From: Mobula hypostoma
Lineage: Eukaryota
DNA length: 64,000 bases
Reading direction: 5' to 3'
Assembly: GCF_963921235.1 (NCBI RefSeq)
Contig: NC_086097.1
Span: 88,352,001 to 88,416,000 of the forward strand
The notes under the pieces are model-generated. The model ran no database searches, was not told the DNA's origin, and saw only the letters and a list, made by a program, of their open reading frames with translations. Positions 63,656 to 64,000 of the stretch are shown here, piece by piece (the stretch's first letter is position 1; each line of letters begins with the position of its first letter). Position numbers and translations under genes: made by a program.

Positions 63656-64000
63656 AATCTTTCTTTGATAAAGTTGACTCTAAAATTTCTTCATTTATTT
63701 GGCAGAATAAAAATCCGAGACTGGGTAAAATATATTTACAGAAAGCTAAGAGAGATGGAGGTTTAGCATTACCTAACTTTAGATTCTATTATTGGGCAAT
63801 TAATATTTGACATATGAAATTTTGGTTACTTGACCAGGATATACTATTTATTCCTAAATGGGTAGCATTGGAACTACAATCTGTTCAGGGCTATACACTT
63901 GGTTCTATTTTAGGTTCCTCTCTCCCTTTTGATTCGAAACGCCTTAAGCAGGTGTCTAACCCGATAGTTAAATATGCTTTGCGTATTTGGTTTCAATTCA
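61458..64000. mobile_element. Young L1 LINE with 5' inversion (minus arm ~61458-63597, plus arm ~63615 to beyond the window)
   Basis: Minus ORF: APE endonuclease (WNTNGL, LQETH, GDLN, YSRIDYFF, SDH) and RT (YRPISLLN, GTRQGCPLSP, YADD). Plus arm continues downstream ORF2 (FQALPIFVP…GGLALPNFRFYYWA). Confidence 0.93.

Noticed and set aside
1..64000. Host protein-coding genes among the many 60-130 aa ORFs
   Set aside because: They are TE fragments, antisense shadows of TE ORFs, or lack any recognisable domain. No convincing spliced exon chain is visible, though short exons cannot be excluded by eye.
1..64000. CRISPR array, operon or prokaryotic defence system
   Set aside because: No regularly spaced short repeats, cas-like ORFs or prokaryotic gene density; the content is vertebrate retroelements.

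Overview
This is eukaryotic, repeat-dominated DNA with no host protein-coding exon that I can recognise, so it is probably intronic or intergenic. The repeat spectrum (CR1 LINEs with esterase ORF1, V-SINE/HE1-like and Deu-domain SINEs, Rex1/Babar, RTE, L1, HERO-like, sushi-like chromovirus, Penelope-like elements) points to a cartilaginous fish; this is an inference. All long ORFs are retrotransposon-derived. The most distinctive system is a young Penelope-like element (PLE) family. Its 3' region carries a minimal type I hammerhead ribozyme (six full copies, one truncated, one decayed) followed by a nested hairpin. It inserts repeatedly as outward-facing inverted pairs with one long and one short arm, and one pair has a clean 13-bp target-site duplication (TSD). 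Other structures include a tandem segmental duplication (~37.1-49.0 kb) whose two copies show each other's empty insertion sites, a multi-layer nested insertion, a HERO-like restriction-like-endonuclease retrotransposon, and a young L1 with a twin-priming 5' inversion. Family names come from motif recognition only, and boundaries of old fragments are approximate.
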